Shown here: positions 24,216 through 35,644 of the stretch, piece after piece
How the letters are laid out: the number at the start of each line of letters is the position of its first letter
How positions within the stretch are numbered: the first letter of the stretch is position 1
NCBI GenBank assembly: GCA_964019335.1
Contig: OZ025658.1
Location: 620,001-684,000, forward strand
DNA length: 64,000 nucleotides
Origin: Diplonema japonicum
Taxonomy: Eukaryota > Protista > Euglenozoa: Diplonemea
Direction: 5' to 3'
Translations under genes and position numbers: made by a program
Notes under the pieces: model-generated
Told to the model about the DNA's origin: nothing
The model's input: only the letters and a program-made list of their open reading frames with translations
Databases searched by the model: none

Positions 24216-24699
24216 CCTTTCATTTGACGTCAATTTAAAACCCGATTGTAATTAAAAACCCGCGGGTGATCGGTTAACCCTGGATACTATGTTCTTTCAC
24301 TTCTTTTATTTTTGTTTTATTATATAACGGATTCACTAAACTGGATACCGGGCTAGAAAAAGAAAAATCGGTGAAACAGACAGGGGGGAGAGAGAGAGAA
24401 CGAAAGTAAAAAAAAAAAAGAAAACGGAAAAAAACAAGTAACTTCCACCCTCTCTACCTTTTTTTGGGGGGGGGGGAAGACCTCCCCTTATGCGAGTCAT
24501 TTCAGAAAAGTCTGTGCCAAGGGGGGGCGCTCGGCGGAGAGAGAAACCTGCTGTCACCTAGGCGGGTTACATATTGAACCTTGCGCTGCACAGGTCTGAA
24601 GCTCTCGCCAATGTGTCGTTTGACTACAAACATCCCACCCATGTACTTTATGGTACACTTGGAGCCGACTGTGTCACCTTGATGTTAAAAGTTCGAGTT

Positions 24700-24747
<48 letters not shown>

Positions 24748-25045
24748 CTTTCCGCTTCCCGCATATGAGTTTTTTTTTTTTTCTTCTTTCCCCCTCTATT
24801 TTCTATTTTTGTTGCTCGAAATATTTTCTTTTGATCCATTTTTTTCTCTTTTTTTTTTTTCCTTTTCTGAAATTATATTGTAACACACAGCAGCTGAAAA
24901 CACGTATGCTGGTATTGGCAGGGGTTTTTTTTTTTTTTTTTTTCTCTTTCATCTCTTTTTTTTTTGTTCATTTCTTCCATGACGGGGAAAAAAAAAAAAA
25001 AAAAAAAAAAAACAGGTGGGAGGGAAAAAAAAAAAAAAAAAAAAA

Positions 25046-26053
25046 ATGGTCTTACAATTCGAGAGGGGATGTTCGTCGATAGTGCCAGAGAAGGCATTGA
25101 AAGAAAGCAATGAGAGAAAGAGAAAACGAGGCGCAATGGGTGCAAATATGCAGGTCTTTCAGAAGAGGACGAAGAGCCTGTCGGTGTCCGTATCTCCATC
25201 GCCGTCACCCCCACCTGTACCTATAGTAGGGACATCGCAGGAACTGGAAAAAACTTACAGACGAGGCGAAGGCAATGTGGAACCATCACAGGTTAGACCG
25301 CTTGAAATCTTGGACAAGTCTTTCAATCTCGTCGTCTCGAGGAAGGAAAGCAACCTCACCACAACCTACCCCTACATAAAGGATCAGTTGAAATCTATCA
25401 GACAAGATCTGTTGGTTCAGAATATCCGGACAGAGTTCAGCTGGAAGGTGTACCTCTTCGCCCTCAAAGAGGCACTCTTAAACAAAGATGTTGACGAAGT
25501 CAGCCAATGCCTAACTCAACTGAAAGGCCTTGAAAAAATAGAGGGCCTCAAGGAAGGCTGTGTGATGGAGGTCAAAGCTTACCGGCTGCTCTTCTACTGC
25601 CTCCGAGAAAACACCATGGTTCTCCAAAAAGAACTGGGCGATCTTACAAAGCGGTCTAGAGCGTTCGGGTGTATAAAACACGCAATAGCATTTGTGAACT
25701 CATACTGCTCCTTCGATTACTGCATGCTGAAGAAACTTATTCTGCGGGCTCCGAAGCAATCCATGCAAGTTATTACCATTTTTCTCCCCACCCTTCGTGA
25801 AGCGGTCCTCCTCAGAATTCTAAAGGCCTACAGGACGTTAACAAAGCCCGAGCTCTCCTCCCTTCTATTTTTCCCATCAGAAAGCTCCGTGGCCCCCTAC
25901 ATGAAATCTTTCGGATGCCAGCTAACCACAAACGAAAACGGGGTGCAGCAACTGACTTGCTGCAAAGCCGCGCTGGACACCGTGACAGCAACTGCAATGA
26001 ACAACATAAACCCCCAGTTCAAGGACCTCGAAATTCTGAAATTCAAAATTTGA
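25046..26053 (+). CDS. SAC3/GANP-family PCI protein (LENG8/THP3-like)
   Basis: PIVGTSQELEKTYRR...SQVRPLEIL, YIKDQLKSIRQDLLVQNIRTEF, SQCLTQLK, AYRLLFY and ILKAYR. Confidence 0.85.
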   Translation: MVLQFERGCSSIVPEKALKESNERKRKRGAMGANMQVFQKRTKSLSVSVSPSPSPPPVPIVGTSQELEKTYRRGEGNVEPSQVRPLEILDKSFNLVVSRKESNLTTTYPYIKDQLKSIRQDLLVQNIRTEFSWKVYLFALKEALLNKDVDEVSQCLTQLKGLEKIEGLKEGCVMEVKAYRLLFYCLRENTMVLQKELGDLTKRSRAFGCIKHAIAFVNSYCSFDYCMLKKLILRAPKQSMQVITIFLPTLREAVLLRILKAYRTLTKPELSSLLFFPSESSVAPYMKSFGCQLTTNENGVQQLTCCKAALDTVTATAMNNINPQFKDLEILKFKI

Positions 26054-26176
26054 TTTTTTTTTATTTGTTTATTTTTTGTTTTTGTTTTTGTTTTTTCCCC
26101 CCCCCCATCCTTCCCCACCTTTTTTTTGTGTTGCATTATACGCGGGAGAAAAAAAAAATAAAGGGGGGGGTGCCCC

Positions 26177-29100
26177 ATGACTGAACTGGAGCCATGCATG
26201 GTATATTGGGGCAGCAGTTTGCCGCCAATCAGTGGTGGCCCGGCTTCGGTGGTTGTTAGTTCAAACGAGGCTAGCAGTATATGTATTTTCGACGAGGCGA
26301 ACGGGGTTTCTCTGTGGGATGTACGGGACGAAACTGCCGCGAGGCCTCGCGGCCTGGCAAACCCGGTCCTCGGGAAGGTGGCGGTGATGTTCCCATGCTT
26401 CATGAAACAAAAAGAATGCCTCGCTCTGGTATACAGAGACGGTTCGGTGGCGATCGTCGACATACGGGACGGCACGGAATACATATCAAGCCGATCTGTA
26501 GCGATGCACGCACAATGCGGGACAATGCTGAAAGGCACGCAATACATGGTCATCGGCGACACAAACTGCAATTTGAACTTCGTCAACATAGAAACCCTGA
26601 AGGTAGCCACAAGAATCGAAGTCCCATCCCCTGGCTTCCCCTTGGCGTTGACTTCATTCAAAGCAGGTTGCTGCGTCACACTGGCCGCCACACATGCCGA
26701 CAAAACATTACGCTTCTTCCGAGCAACAAACGGTAAGAAACTATCGATCACTCCAGACGCCACTACCACTGTGCCTCTACCTCCGAAGAAAGGCACGCCC
26801 GTCGCGATTTCGCACCACGAAACGCTTCCTTTAACATTGGTTCTAACCGTCGACTCATGGCTGGTGTTCCTCGACTACTGCTCAACACCGTTGGTGAAGC
26901 ACACAATGGATGGCCTCGACACGTCAGTTCTCTCAAACGGGGACTTCACCAACACGGACACGGGCTGCTCAGTTGTCATCGTTTGCTCTGAAGGGACCGT
27001 CCGTACCTTCACACTTCCCACTGCAGTTGGGGTCTACGCGTCTGAGCCGACAGGGCCCCGTCCGTTACACGATTTATTACCCGTATTGGCATCGTCATTC
27101 AATGGGTCCGAGCACAACGCGTGGGGTTTTGGTGGATCAAAACTGTGCGGTGTGTCCAGGGAGTCCATCAAAGTGCTTTCGATGAACCTCGAAGGGGTTA
27201 CGCTTCGCATGGACGCCGATCCCGCCGCCGTGTGGCGGAACGTAATGGGAACCAACACCACCACCGAAGCCCAACACACCGTATTGAAAGATTCGGTCTT
27301 GGTGTGTTGTTCCTCCGACGGGACGATCTCCGCCGACCCTGTTCTCGGAGCTGTACAACCGGTTTCATGGAAAGCACATGACACACCCATTACCACTCTG
27401 TCGTCGATCGACAAATTCCTGATATCAGCTGATGTTTACGGGTGTGTCAAAGCGTGGGAATGGGGAGGGGACTGGCGACACATTGGTACCTTCTACCCCC
27501 ACTCCTCTGAACTTGCATCCGTCCTCCCCGCTACGAAGTCCATGGAGACTCGGCACCGTATAAAGTTCTGGACGGTCGGAACAGACGGGAACATCTGCTT
27601 CTTCACGGAAGACCTCGAGACAATGCTGCTGCCTGGGAACGGTCCCAACCCGATAGGGGTGTATTACATAGATTCGTTGGATCTTGTTGTTGTCAACGCG
27701 GACAGCACGTCGCAATGCGACATCTGGCATTTGGGCACACAGACGCTGACTCGTTCCATCCAAAGCCCCGCAAGGGAAACATTTTTGGCAAGTTTATATG
27801 ACTGCGAGAATTACATAGGAACCAGCCCCGACAGTGTGTCGAAACGCAGCACCGCTAGCTATTCTATAGAGGCTCCCAAGGTCGGGCTCTCTGCTTGTGT
27901 TATGAACTTCCGCGTCGCAACTCTCGTTTCCCAAGTCCACAAAATTTCCAGTGGTTCTGAGGTCTCTCCTGATCTCTGCACGCTTCTCACCTACCTGCTC
28001 TGCAATGAGAGCCATCCTTCCGTCGATGGGTTCCGCGATGCTCTTTCCCTGCCGACCCCTCTTGACAAACCCTGGGCGTTGGGTTGGGCCCGATCAAAGT
28101 CACCGCTAACGTTCCTTCCCGCCCCCGCCTTGCCCTCCACCGGTGTTTACCACTACTCGCCTGTGGCGACCTCGTGTCGGTTGGTCACCGCCCTGTCGGT
28201 GCTGTACCCGTTGTGCGGGAAGGTGGCCTGCAGCAAGGCGGCTATAAATTATTTCGGGGCAGCGTTGCCAAAAGTATTATCCCCCCTACCCATAACAAAA
28301 AAAAACAAAAACAAAAAAGGTCATCAAATCCGACCCGCTTGCATACGGAGCGGATTTCTTCTGGTGCCTTGAAGCGATAAAGGTATTTTTATATCAAAAA
28401 AAAGTAAAACCATATACAGGGTCCCTTGAAGGAGACTCAATTTTCAGCAAGGTGTATCCTCGGAGCGATAATGCGTCTGAAGAACCCCGCGGAGCTGCGG
28501 GAGCTGACGGAACGGCTGAAGAAGATGGCGGAGGAGGGTCCCAAGAGGGCGTCGGATATGGCGTACCTGGGGCTGGCGATTATGAACTGGGCTGGAGACA
28601 GCGAGATGAGCAAAGGGGCGTGCGAGGGGCTGATCAAGGTGGCAATCGACGGTGAACCCACGTGGAGGGTGACAGCTTTGGTGCTTCTGGCAGACTATTT
28701 TGACGTGTTTGGTAAATGGGTTCCTGATCTCGGAGAGTTGCTAAAAGCACTTCTCGCCCAGTCATGCGTTGGCGAAGGCCAGCAGACTGACATCGTCAAA
28801 CACGCTTTCCGCGCCTTTATCGCAGCTTCCCTGCACAACGTTCCGTTGTTTTTAACCTTCGCCGACAGCATCCTGTCGGAAACCGCGGCCTCCAAGGAGG
28901 AAGAACTTTTCGAAGAAAACTGTATCCTCGTAGCCGTGTCGTCAATGGTTCGCAAATCGCCTGTCTCGTTCATTAACTCTGTCCATAAGATCGCTGCTTT
29001 GATAGCAAAAGCGATCAACCCTATCTACCCGAAGACGAGATCGAAATGCATGAAATCCACGACGCACGCCTTGAAGACGTCCATTGCGGCTTTCCCGATG

Positions 29101-29429
29101 ATGGACTTCCACCAGGCAAAGCAAACCTTGGCAGTAGGCCTTCCTAACGGGCAGACCTTGATGTGGGATCTGCGGACCTGTTGTAAGATGTGGGCGTGGG
29201 ATGCCCACTCGGAGCCTGTGAGCTGCGTTGCGTTGTCGACGATGTGCGACCAGATAGCCACGTACTGCTCTGTAGAGAAGGCGGTCAAGATATGGTCCAC
29301 AGACGTGTCGATCTTTAATATTTTTTCCTCCTCGACCGTCCCGAAGCTTGTGCACACGCAGCAGACCAGTCTTCAGCATGATCTGGTGCAGAACAGTGCT
29401 GCGGTATGTTTAGAAAAAAAAATAAGAGG

Positions 29430-29461
<32 letters not shown>

Positions 29462-29555
29462 GCAGTTCCTTGAGTCTTGCACCATCGAATGGATCTCACC
29501 CCACGCCATCGAACTCAGCATTGCCAAACAGACACAGCAGTTTCATTTCAAGTGA
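26177..29555 (+). CDS. WDR7: WD40-repeat protein, WDR7/WDR72 (rabconnectin-3 beta)-like
   Basis: Two track ORFs join in frame through introns 28274-28319 and 28383-28419; a third intron lies at 29404-29465. C-terminal FPMMDFHQAKQTLAVG..MWDLRT..AHSEPVSCVA..IATY..VKIW, ending IEWISPHAIEL..F. Confidence 0.78.
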
Positions 29556-29772
29556 AAGAAAAAAGAAAATAAAGAAAGGAATAAGAAAAAAAAGAGAGAG
29601 AAAAGAAAACAGATTTTTGGATTGATTGTGTGGGGAGACGGGGGGGGGGGGGGGGGGGCAATAGTGTTTTTTGTTGTGGTGTTTCTCTCTATGTTTTTTT
29701 TTTTTTTCTTCTCATCCTCCCATACCTTGTCTTAACCAAAAAAAAAAAACCGCAGCACCTGGATATATATGT

Positions 29773-31656
29773 ATGAGTGATGGTCTGCTAACCGGGGAGC
29801 AGTACACGAAGCAACACCGGTTTTCGGAGGTAGTCGCGCCGAGCAGCAGGGGGCACCCCGCGCACCCGGACCACTTCGCGCCAAGAATGCCCCACAACTT
29901 CGTGCCTGGGCAGGTGTCTGCCGTCTTCAGGCTGGTCCGCAACACCGGGGACAAGATAGGATGGGTTCTAAACCACGAGCTCATCGTTCTAAGAATCGAA
30001 GAAGGAAGCCACTCATACTTAGCCGGGATAAGAGAAGGGATGAAGGTAACAGCAGTGGACGCAACCATGGTCCGCACCATAGAAGAAGTAAAAGCCGCCC
30101 TGTCGTCTGGAACAGTACACAACATCTCAGTAGACCTCCCACAGCAACACGAAGGGTTCAAACAACAATCACAACTGCAGCTAACACAACCGGTTACGGA
30201 AGTTCAAGTGTTCGATAGATTGCCCCCAGGCGTTGCTGAACTAAACATCCAAAAACCCGCTGGAAAAAGCCTCGGATTCCTCTTGGAAAACATGACCGTG
30301 ACTCAAGTCGCAGCAGACAGCCCAGCCGACAAACACGGCGCGGAAAAATTCATCGGCTGGAAAATCGCATACATAAACAGCCGGAAAATGGGTTCCTTGA
30401 AGGACGTAGCTGACGCCTCCACCGACGTAACCGAAGCGCTGGTTACATTTGAAGTCGACGAGATAACCGTTAGAAAACACCCGGAAGAACCGCTCGGCTG
30501 CGAACTGTTTCAAATGGTCCTAACAGGTGTAACACCAGGATCCCCTGCGGAAAGATCCGGCCTTGCTAAGTACATACCTTACAGGCTGACGCATGTTAAC
30601 GGCCATGCTGTCAATGTTGTGACGCAGGTGTCGCGGTTGATAAACGGATGCGATGCAATCCGGCTACGATTCGAACCAGAAGAAATAACCATCAAAAAGG
30701 CACCTGATGAGCCCTTGGGTATGATGCTTGACAATATGGTCCTCACCGGTGCGAGAAACGACTCGCCGTCAAAAAAGCAAGGCGTCGGGAAATTCGTAGG
30801 AAGACGTCTGACCCATGTCAACGGGGTCCCTGTGAACAAAATTACCGATGTGAAAAGCGCGTCTTTAAACCCCGAAGACCCAAGCTCCACCGCGTTGAGG
30901 TTTGAGGTTCCCGGAGTCGACGAGGAACCAGAAATTTTACCGATTGAACAACCTGTAACGGATCGTCCGGTGTATGCGACACCAACCTCCGTTGTTCCAT
31001 TGTCACCACATGCCGATGTGTTTTCATCAGGCGTCCCATATCATGGTGTTGGAAGCAATCTTGTCATTGGATCTGCTGTTTCCCGTGCGCCTGTTGTTCC
31101 CGAGCGGCAGACAATGACGTCGATTCTCGATCGGTACGAGATGGATAGACAGCGGAGGTCGTCTGCGGAAAGGCATTCTCGGCTCACGCACCTTGAGGAC
31201 CGTCTCCAGCATATGGAGAATTGGAAACGTGATCCACCTTGGCTGCGTAGTGGCGGGGGGATTCCTTGGGAGGAACCGCGGAGTCCGATCGGGAAGTTTC
31301 CTTATTCTAAACATGTGTCGCCCCGCCGTCCTGGGCAACACGGCGGGCTGCAGTGCAACGGGTGCGGCGGGATACCAGAAATAGAATGTAAGGACTGTTC
31401 CCTGCACTATTGCAGAACGTGCTGCGCGACCGCCCACCAGACAGGAAGACTGCGTGTTACGCATACAAATATGGTGGTATGGTTTGGGTTGGGAATTTTT
31501 TTATTTTTTCAAATTTAACAATAGAGCAAGGCGTCTCCCGCTACATCTGCGCCGCTTGACGGTCCGTTCATTTCGTCGCCGCGACCCGGGGGTAGCTCAT
31601 TATCTAGTTTTCGCTACGACCCTCTCTCTAGGTTCTCCGATTTTAGGAGGATGTGA
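29773..31656 (+). CDS. Multi-PDZ-like domain protein with C-terminal B-box-type zinc finger
   Basis: Four PDZ-like units (e.g. EPLGCELFQMVLTGVTPGSPAERSGL..RLTHVNG) and CNGC..ECKDCSLHYCRTCCATAH..H. Intron 31477-31524. Confidence 0.82.
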
Positions 31657-31975
31657 ATGGGAAGAAAAAAAAAAATAAAGTAGAAACCTATAGAGGAAAA
31701 AATATAGATTTTTCTTTTTGTGTCACCTCTCCCCCCTCACCTTGTGTTTCTCCCCGCTTTTTATTTTTCTTGTTACGAATTTCTTTTTAAACCCCCCGTT
31801 AGATGATCTCCCCCCCCACTCACGTGTAAATGAATTTCTTTTTTTTTGAAACCGTTTTAGAAACTTTTTTCTCCCCCCCGAAGCGCTGGGGTGTCATCTT
31901 CAGTATTTGCCATTGCCAAGGTCCTTTGTGTAAAAAATAAAAAAAAAGAGGGAGGAGAGAGAGAGAAAAAAAAAA

Positions 31976-32869
31976 ATGGAAGATCTTAAAGTCCTCACCA
32001 TGCAGTCCCACGTGGTGCACGGGTGCGTGGGGAACCGGTGCGCCGCCTTCGCCATGCAGCTCTTAGGTGTTGAGACGGACGTTTTAAACACGGTGCACTT
32101 CAGCAACCACACCGGATACAGCAAGTTCAAGGGGACGGCAATGGACGCAGAGGGACTGTTGGAACTCATCAACACCATGGAAGAGAACGGCCTCGCTGAG
32201 GGATACACACATATTTTAACAGGGTACATTGGAAAACCGGAATTTCTCGAAGCAGTGGAGAAAGTTTTGGACAAGTGCAAAGGAGCGAAATTTGTCTGCG
32301 ACCCGGTTTTGGGGGACAACGGGGCTCTCTACGCCCCGCAAGAGATGGTCCCCTTGTTTAAAAAACTAGTGAGACGTGCAGACGTTATCACTCCTAACCA
32401 ATACGAAGCAGAGATTCTATCTGAATCGAAAATAGAATCTCTTTCTGACGCCAGTCGTGTGTGTGCGCACTTTCATGATATAGGTATTCCTATAGTAGTT
32501 ATTACCTCGATGGAGATTCCCTCAGACCCCTCTTCCCTTTACGTAATCGGGTCCAAAAAGGGCACGCCTGCATTTTACATTAAAGTCCCGAAGCTTTCTC
32601 TCTCGTTCACCGGTACCGGGGACCTTCTTTCCAGCCTCATCTTGGCGCGATCGTCGCTCTCCTCGACTCTTACGGAGGCGGTGGAGCTGGCTCTGGCTTC
32701 GACACAAGCAGCCATTTCGCGGACGCACGCGGCGTACAACCAGTTGAAGGAAAAGGGTTTTTCGACTAAAAACCAAGAGATCGCGGCGAGGGAGCTCAAG
32801 CTTGTCCAGGCCAGGCATGAAATTATGTTACCCGAAGTGACACATAGAGCAGTTGAAATATCTTTGTGA
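31976..32869 (+). CDS. PDXK: Pyridoxal kinase
   Basis: QSHVVHGCVGN, TVHFSNHTGY, LTGYIG, CDPVLGDNG, ITPNQYEAE and FTGTGDL. Confidence 0.96.
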   Translation: MEDLKVLTMQSHVVHGCVGNRCAAFAMQLLGVETDVLNTVHFSNHTGYSKFKGTAMDAEGLLELINTMEENGLAEGYTHILTGYIGKPEFLEAVEKVLDKCKGAKFVCDPVLGDNGALYAPQEMVPLFKKLVRRADVITPNQYEAEILSESKIESLSDASRVCAHFHDIGIPIVVITSMEIPSDPSSLYVIGSKKGTPAFYIKVPKLSLSFTGTGDLLSSLILARSSLSSTLTEAVELALASTQAAISRTHAAYNQLKEKGFSTKNQEIAARELKLVQARHEIMLPEVTHRAVEISL

Positions 32870-32959
32870 GTATCAGTTTTTTTTTTGGGGGGGAAGGAGA
32901 CACTCCCCCTTGACATTAGTTTCAATTTTTCTCGTTTTTTTTCCGTAGGCGCGTGTGTA

Positions 32960-32997
<38 letters not shown>

Positions 32998-33440
32998 AAA
33001 TTGGTGAAACTATTCGCGGTTTTTTTTCTCTCTTTTTTTTTTTTTTTTTTTTTTTTGATACTGGTGCAACACAAAAAAAAAAATAAATAAAGAAGAAGGG
33101 GAAAAGAAGAAGGGGAAAAAAAAACATTCTAGCTCCCTTTTTTTGCCTCGGAAAGAAAAAAAAAAAGAAAAAAAAGACGGCTGGTTCTGACAGAGTAGCA
33201 GAACTCCTTTATTTCTGTTTATTTTTTTTAAGTGAGAAGCCTGCCCGTCGTCATTTCTAGTAAGCTACCCCCTCCCCCCTCTTTTCTTCTTTCAAAGCTG
33301 AAGAATCCAAGACCACGAGCTGGCGCCGGTATTTTTTTTCTTTTTTTTTAGTTTCCCCCAACATTACAAAAGGAGGAGGGAGGGGGTGGGAGGGAGAAGC
33401 GGGGGGAAACCAACACACAAAAAAAAAAAAAAAAAGAAAA

Positions 33441-35021
33441 ATGCTGTTCTATACCCCACCTGATTTCAACGCAAGCGAGGCTGAAGAACGGCAAGGCACC
33501 ATCGGGTATACCATATTTCCCTCAAAACAAAAAAAAAAAAAAAAAAAAGGCGAAGCTACATCTCTGGAAGACGGCACATGGAGAAGCACGGGAGAAACTC
33601 CCCTAGATCCCTGTCCCCCGCCACCGAAGAAGACTTCAGCGCCATCGCAGCAGAGGCGATGAAATGGGCAGACGTGAAGGTCGTCATGTCCAGCAGAAGC
33701 AAGACAATCGACGGCACAAAAGCAGGCAAAAAAGACGTTTCAGTTCCAGGAGAACAAGGCTGCGAAGAAGATCGAGACTGGGTCTATTCCCTCACCACGC
33801 CGTACGTCTTCGAACCCAAAAAAATCCCTGAAAAATCGAATCTCTCGGAGCTAATGGACGTCAACGGAGCAGGGGGGAAACGGTTCATGAGCCTCAAGGT
33901 GTTCCACCCATTCGGAAAAACAAGCAAACCCACACCAATCCCGGTCAAGGTCTTGGAAAACGCCAACGCAACAGATGTCATCAAAACATCTCTTAAAGTA
34001 CTGAAGGAAACGTACAAGGTAAACCCAAACCCTGACGTTTACAAGCTCCGTGTTGCGGAAGACGACAGCGGGAACCCGGACGAAGACCTCCCTGTACTCG
34101 ACAAAAAAACAGGTTTACGAAGAATGGGCTTCGACGCCTTAGTACTATGCTTCGCAACTTCCGGGCTCCGTGAAACAACAACAAAAACCCTTGAAGACCT
34201 CATGTACACTATAATATGCGGTTCCGGCCGAACACGCGGAAGACGGGTCAGCCTACCCCCCGACGTTGTTTTCAAAGACGCCGCTGCACTCGTTTGCGAA
34301 AAATTCAAAAAGGACCCATCAAGACACGTTCTAAAAGTCGTGCTGGACGGGACCGAAAAAGACACATTTGGCGAGAATCATATCCCGTTTGCCGACAGAA
34401 CACTTGGCGCGCTTCACAGTGAATATGGTATACGGGATTTCTACCTCAGACCGAAGGGGAAGGACGTGGATGATATCGAATCAGACGGAGAGCTCGAAGC
34501 ACCTTCTTCAACAAAAACGAAGCTCTTCCGAGACTGGGATGAAGCGTCTGCTTATCGATACAGCGAGTACACCGTTATCAAGATTAACAAATTCGGACTT
34601 CGGCAGCACCGTGTTCTTGGCATTGATCGCGAGAAGATCTACAATATGATGGCGGGACACAAGGTTCAGAAAACTAAAAACCCCGAACGGTCCATTGGGG
34701 ACATCATCTACATCCGAACCTTTTTGGACAAGCCTTGCTACATAGAAATTGAGTATCGAAACAACAAGTCCGGTCGGGATCAGATCGAGTGTCAGTCGCC
34801 CATTGAGGCTCACGAGATCGCCACGAAGGTGTCATTCCTCCTAGAGCTGCACCGTAGAAACTCTGGTGTTGTGACACAGCCGGTTGAGAAGAAATTGCCA
34901 ATTGCGTCCGGGATGGATAAGGTTTGAAGAAAAAAAAAAAAAAAAAAAAAAAAAATAGCTCCTCGCCAAAATCACCCCGCAAGTATTGCATTCCCCTAGG
35001 TTGTCTCAACAGACGAATTAG
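33441..35021 (+). CDS. SIN1: TORC2 subunit SIN1/Avo1-like protein
   Basis: CRIM-like YKLRVAEDDSGNPDEDLPVLD and PH-like YTVIKINKFGLRQHRVLGIDREKIYN...EIATKV. In-frame 5' intron 33506-33549 and 3' intron 34922-34958. Confidence 0.8.
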
Positions 35022-35311
35022 GCGGGTATAGGAAATACGGGGAATGTGCTAAAGAAATTTTAAAGAAAAGGGGGGGAAGCCCGGGGTTTTTTTTTGGGGG
35101 GGGGGGAAAAGGGATCGGGCGTTCCTTTTTTTTTTGGTGTGTAAAGTTGTTTTGTTTTGTTTTTTTTTCTGAAATTACTTAACGGGGAAAAAAGGGAGGG
35201 TGGGGTGGGAGGAAAAAAAAAACACCCTTGTAGAGGGGGATTTTTGCCAAACTGAAAAAAAAAAAACCTTTTTTTTTTGTTGGCATGATTTTTGATTACA
35301 CGGAAAAATGA

Positions 35312-35351
<40 letters not shown>

Positions 35352-35644
35352 AATAAATAAAAAGTACAAGTAAATGTCCCACCCCCCCCGTCAAGTAATT
35401 TCAGGGAAAAAAAAAAGAAGGTAAAACGAATAAAAAATAGAAAAACGAAAACATCCTTACGAGACTATAAAAACTTTTTTCTTTTTTATTATTTTACCTT
35501 TCAGTTTCTGTTTCACTCTTTAGTTTTTTTTTTTTTTTTTTATAAAAAATATTATCCTCACCATTCTCTCTCTCTCTCAAACCCCACATCAAAAAAAAAA
35601 AAAAAAAGGAAAAAAAAAAAAAAAAACAATGAAATGAAGAAAAT

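Larger units (their letters stand above)
22663..24291 (+). mobile_element. Internally deleted, non-autonomous hAT-like DNA transposon (1629 bp)
   Basis: ~37-bp imperfect TIRs (CATAGTGTTCAGGGTTAACCGATCACC.. / ..GGTGATCGGTTAACCCTGGATACTATG). TTCTTT direct repeats at 22657-22662 and 24292-24297. Subterminal GATCGGTTT repeats and a transposase C-terminal remnant at 23123-23311. Confidence 0.88.

Noticed and set aside
28426-29625. Separate 399-aa gene
   Set aside because: Joins the upstream WD40 ORF in frame through two short introns.
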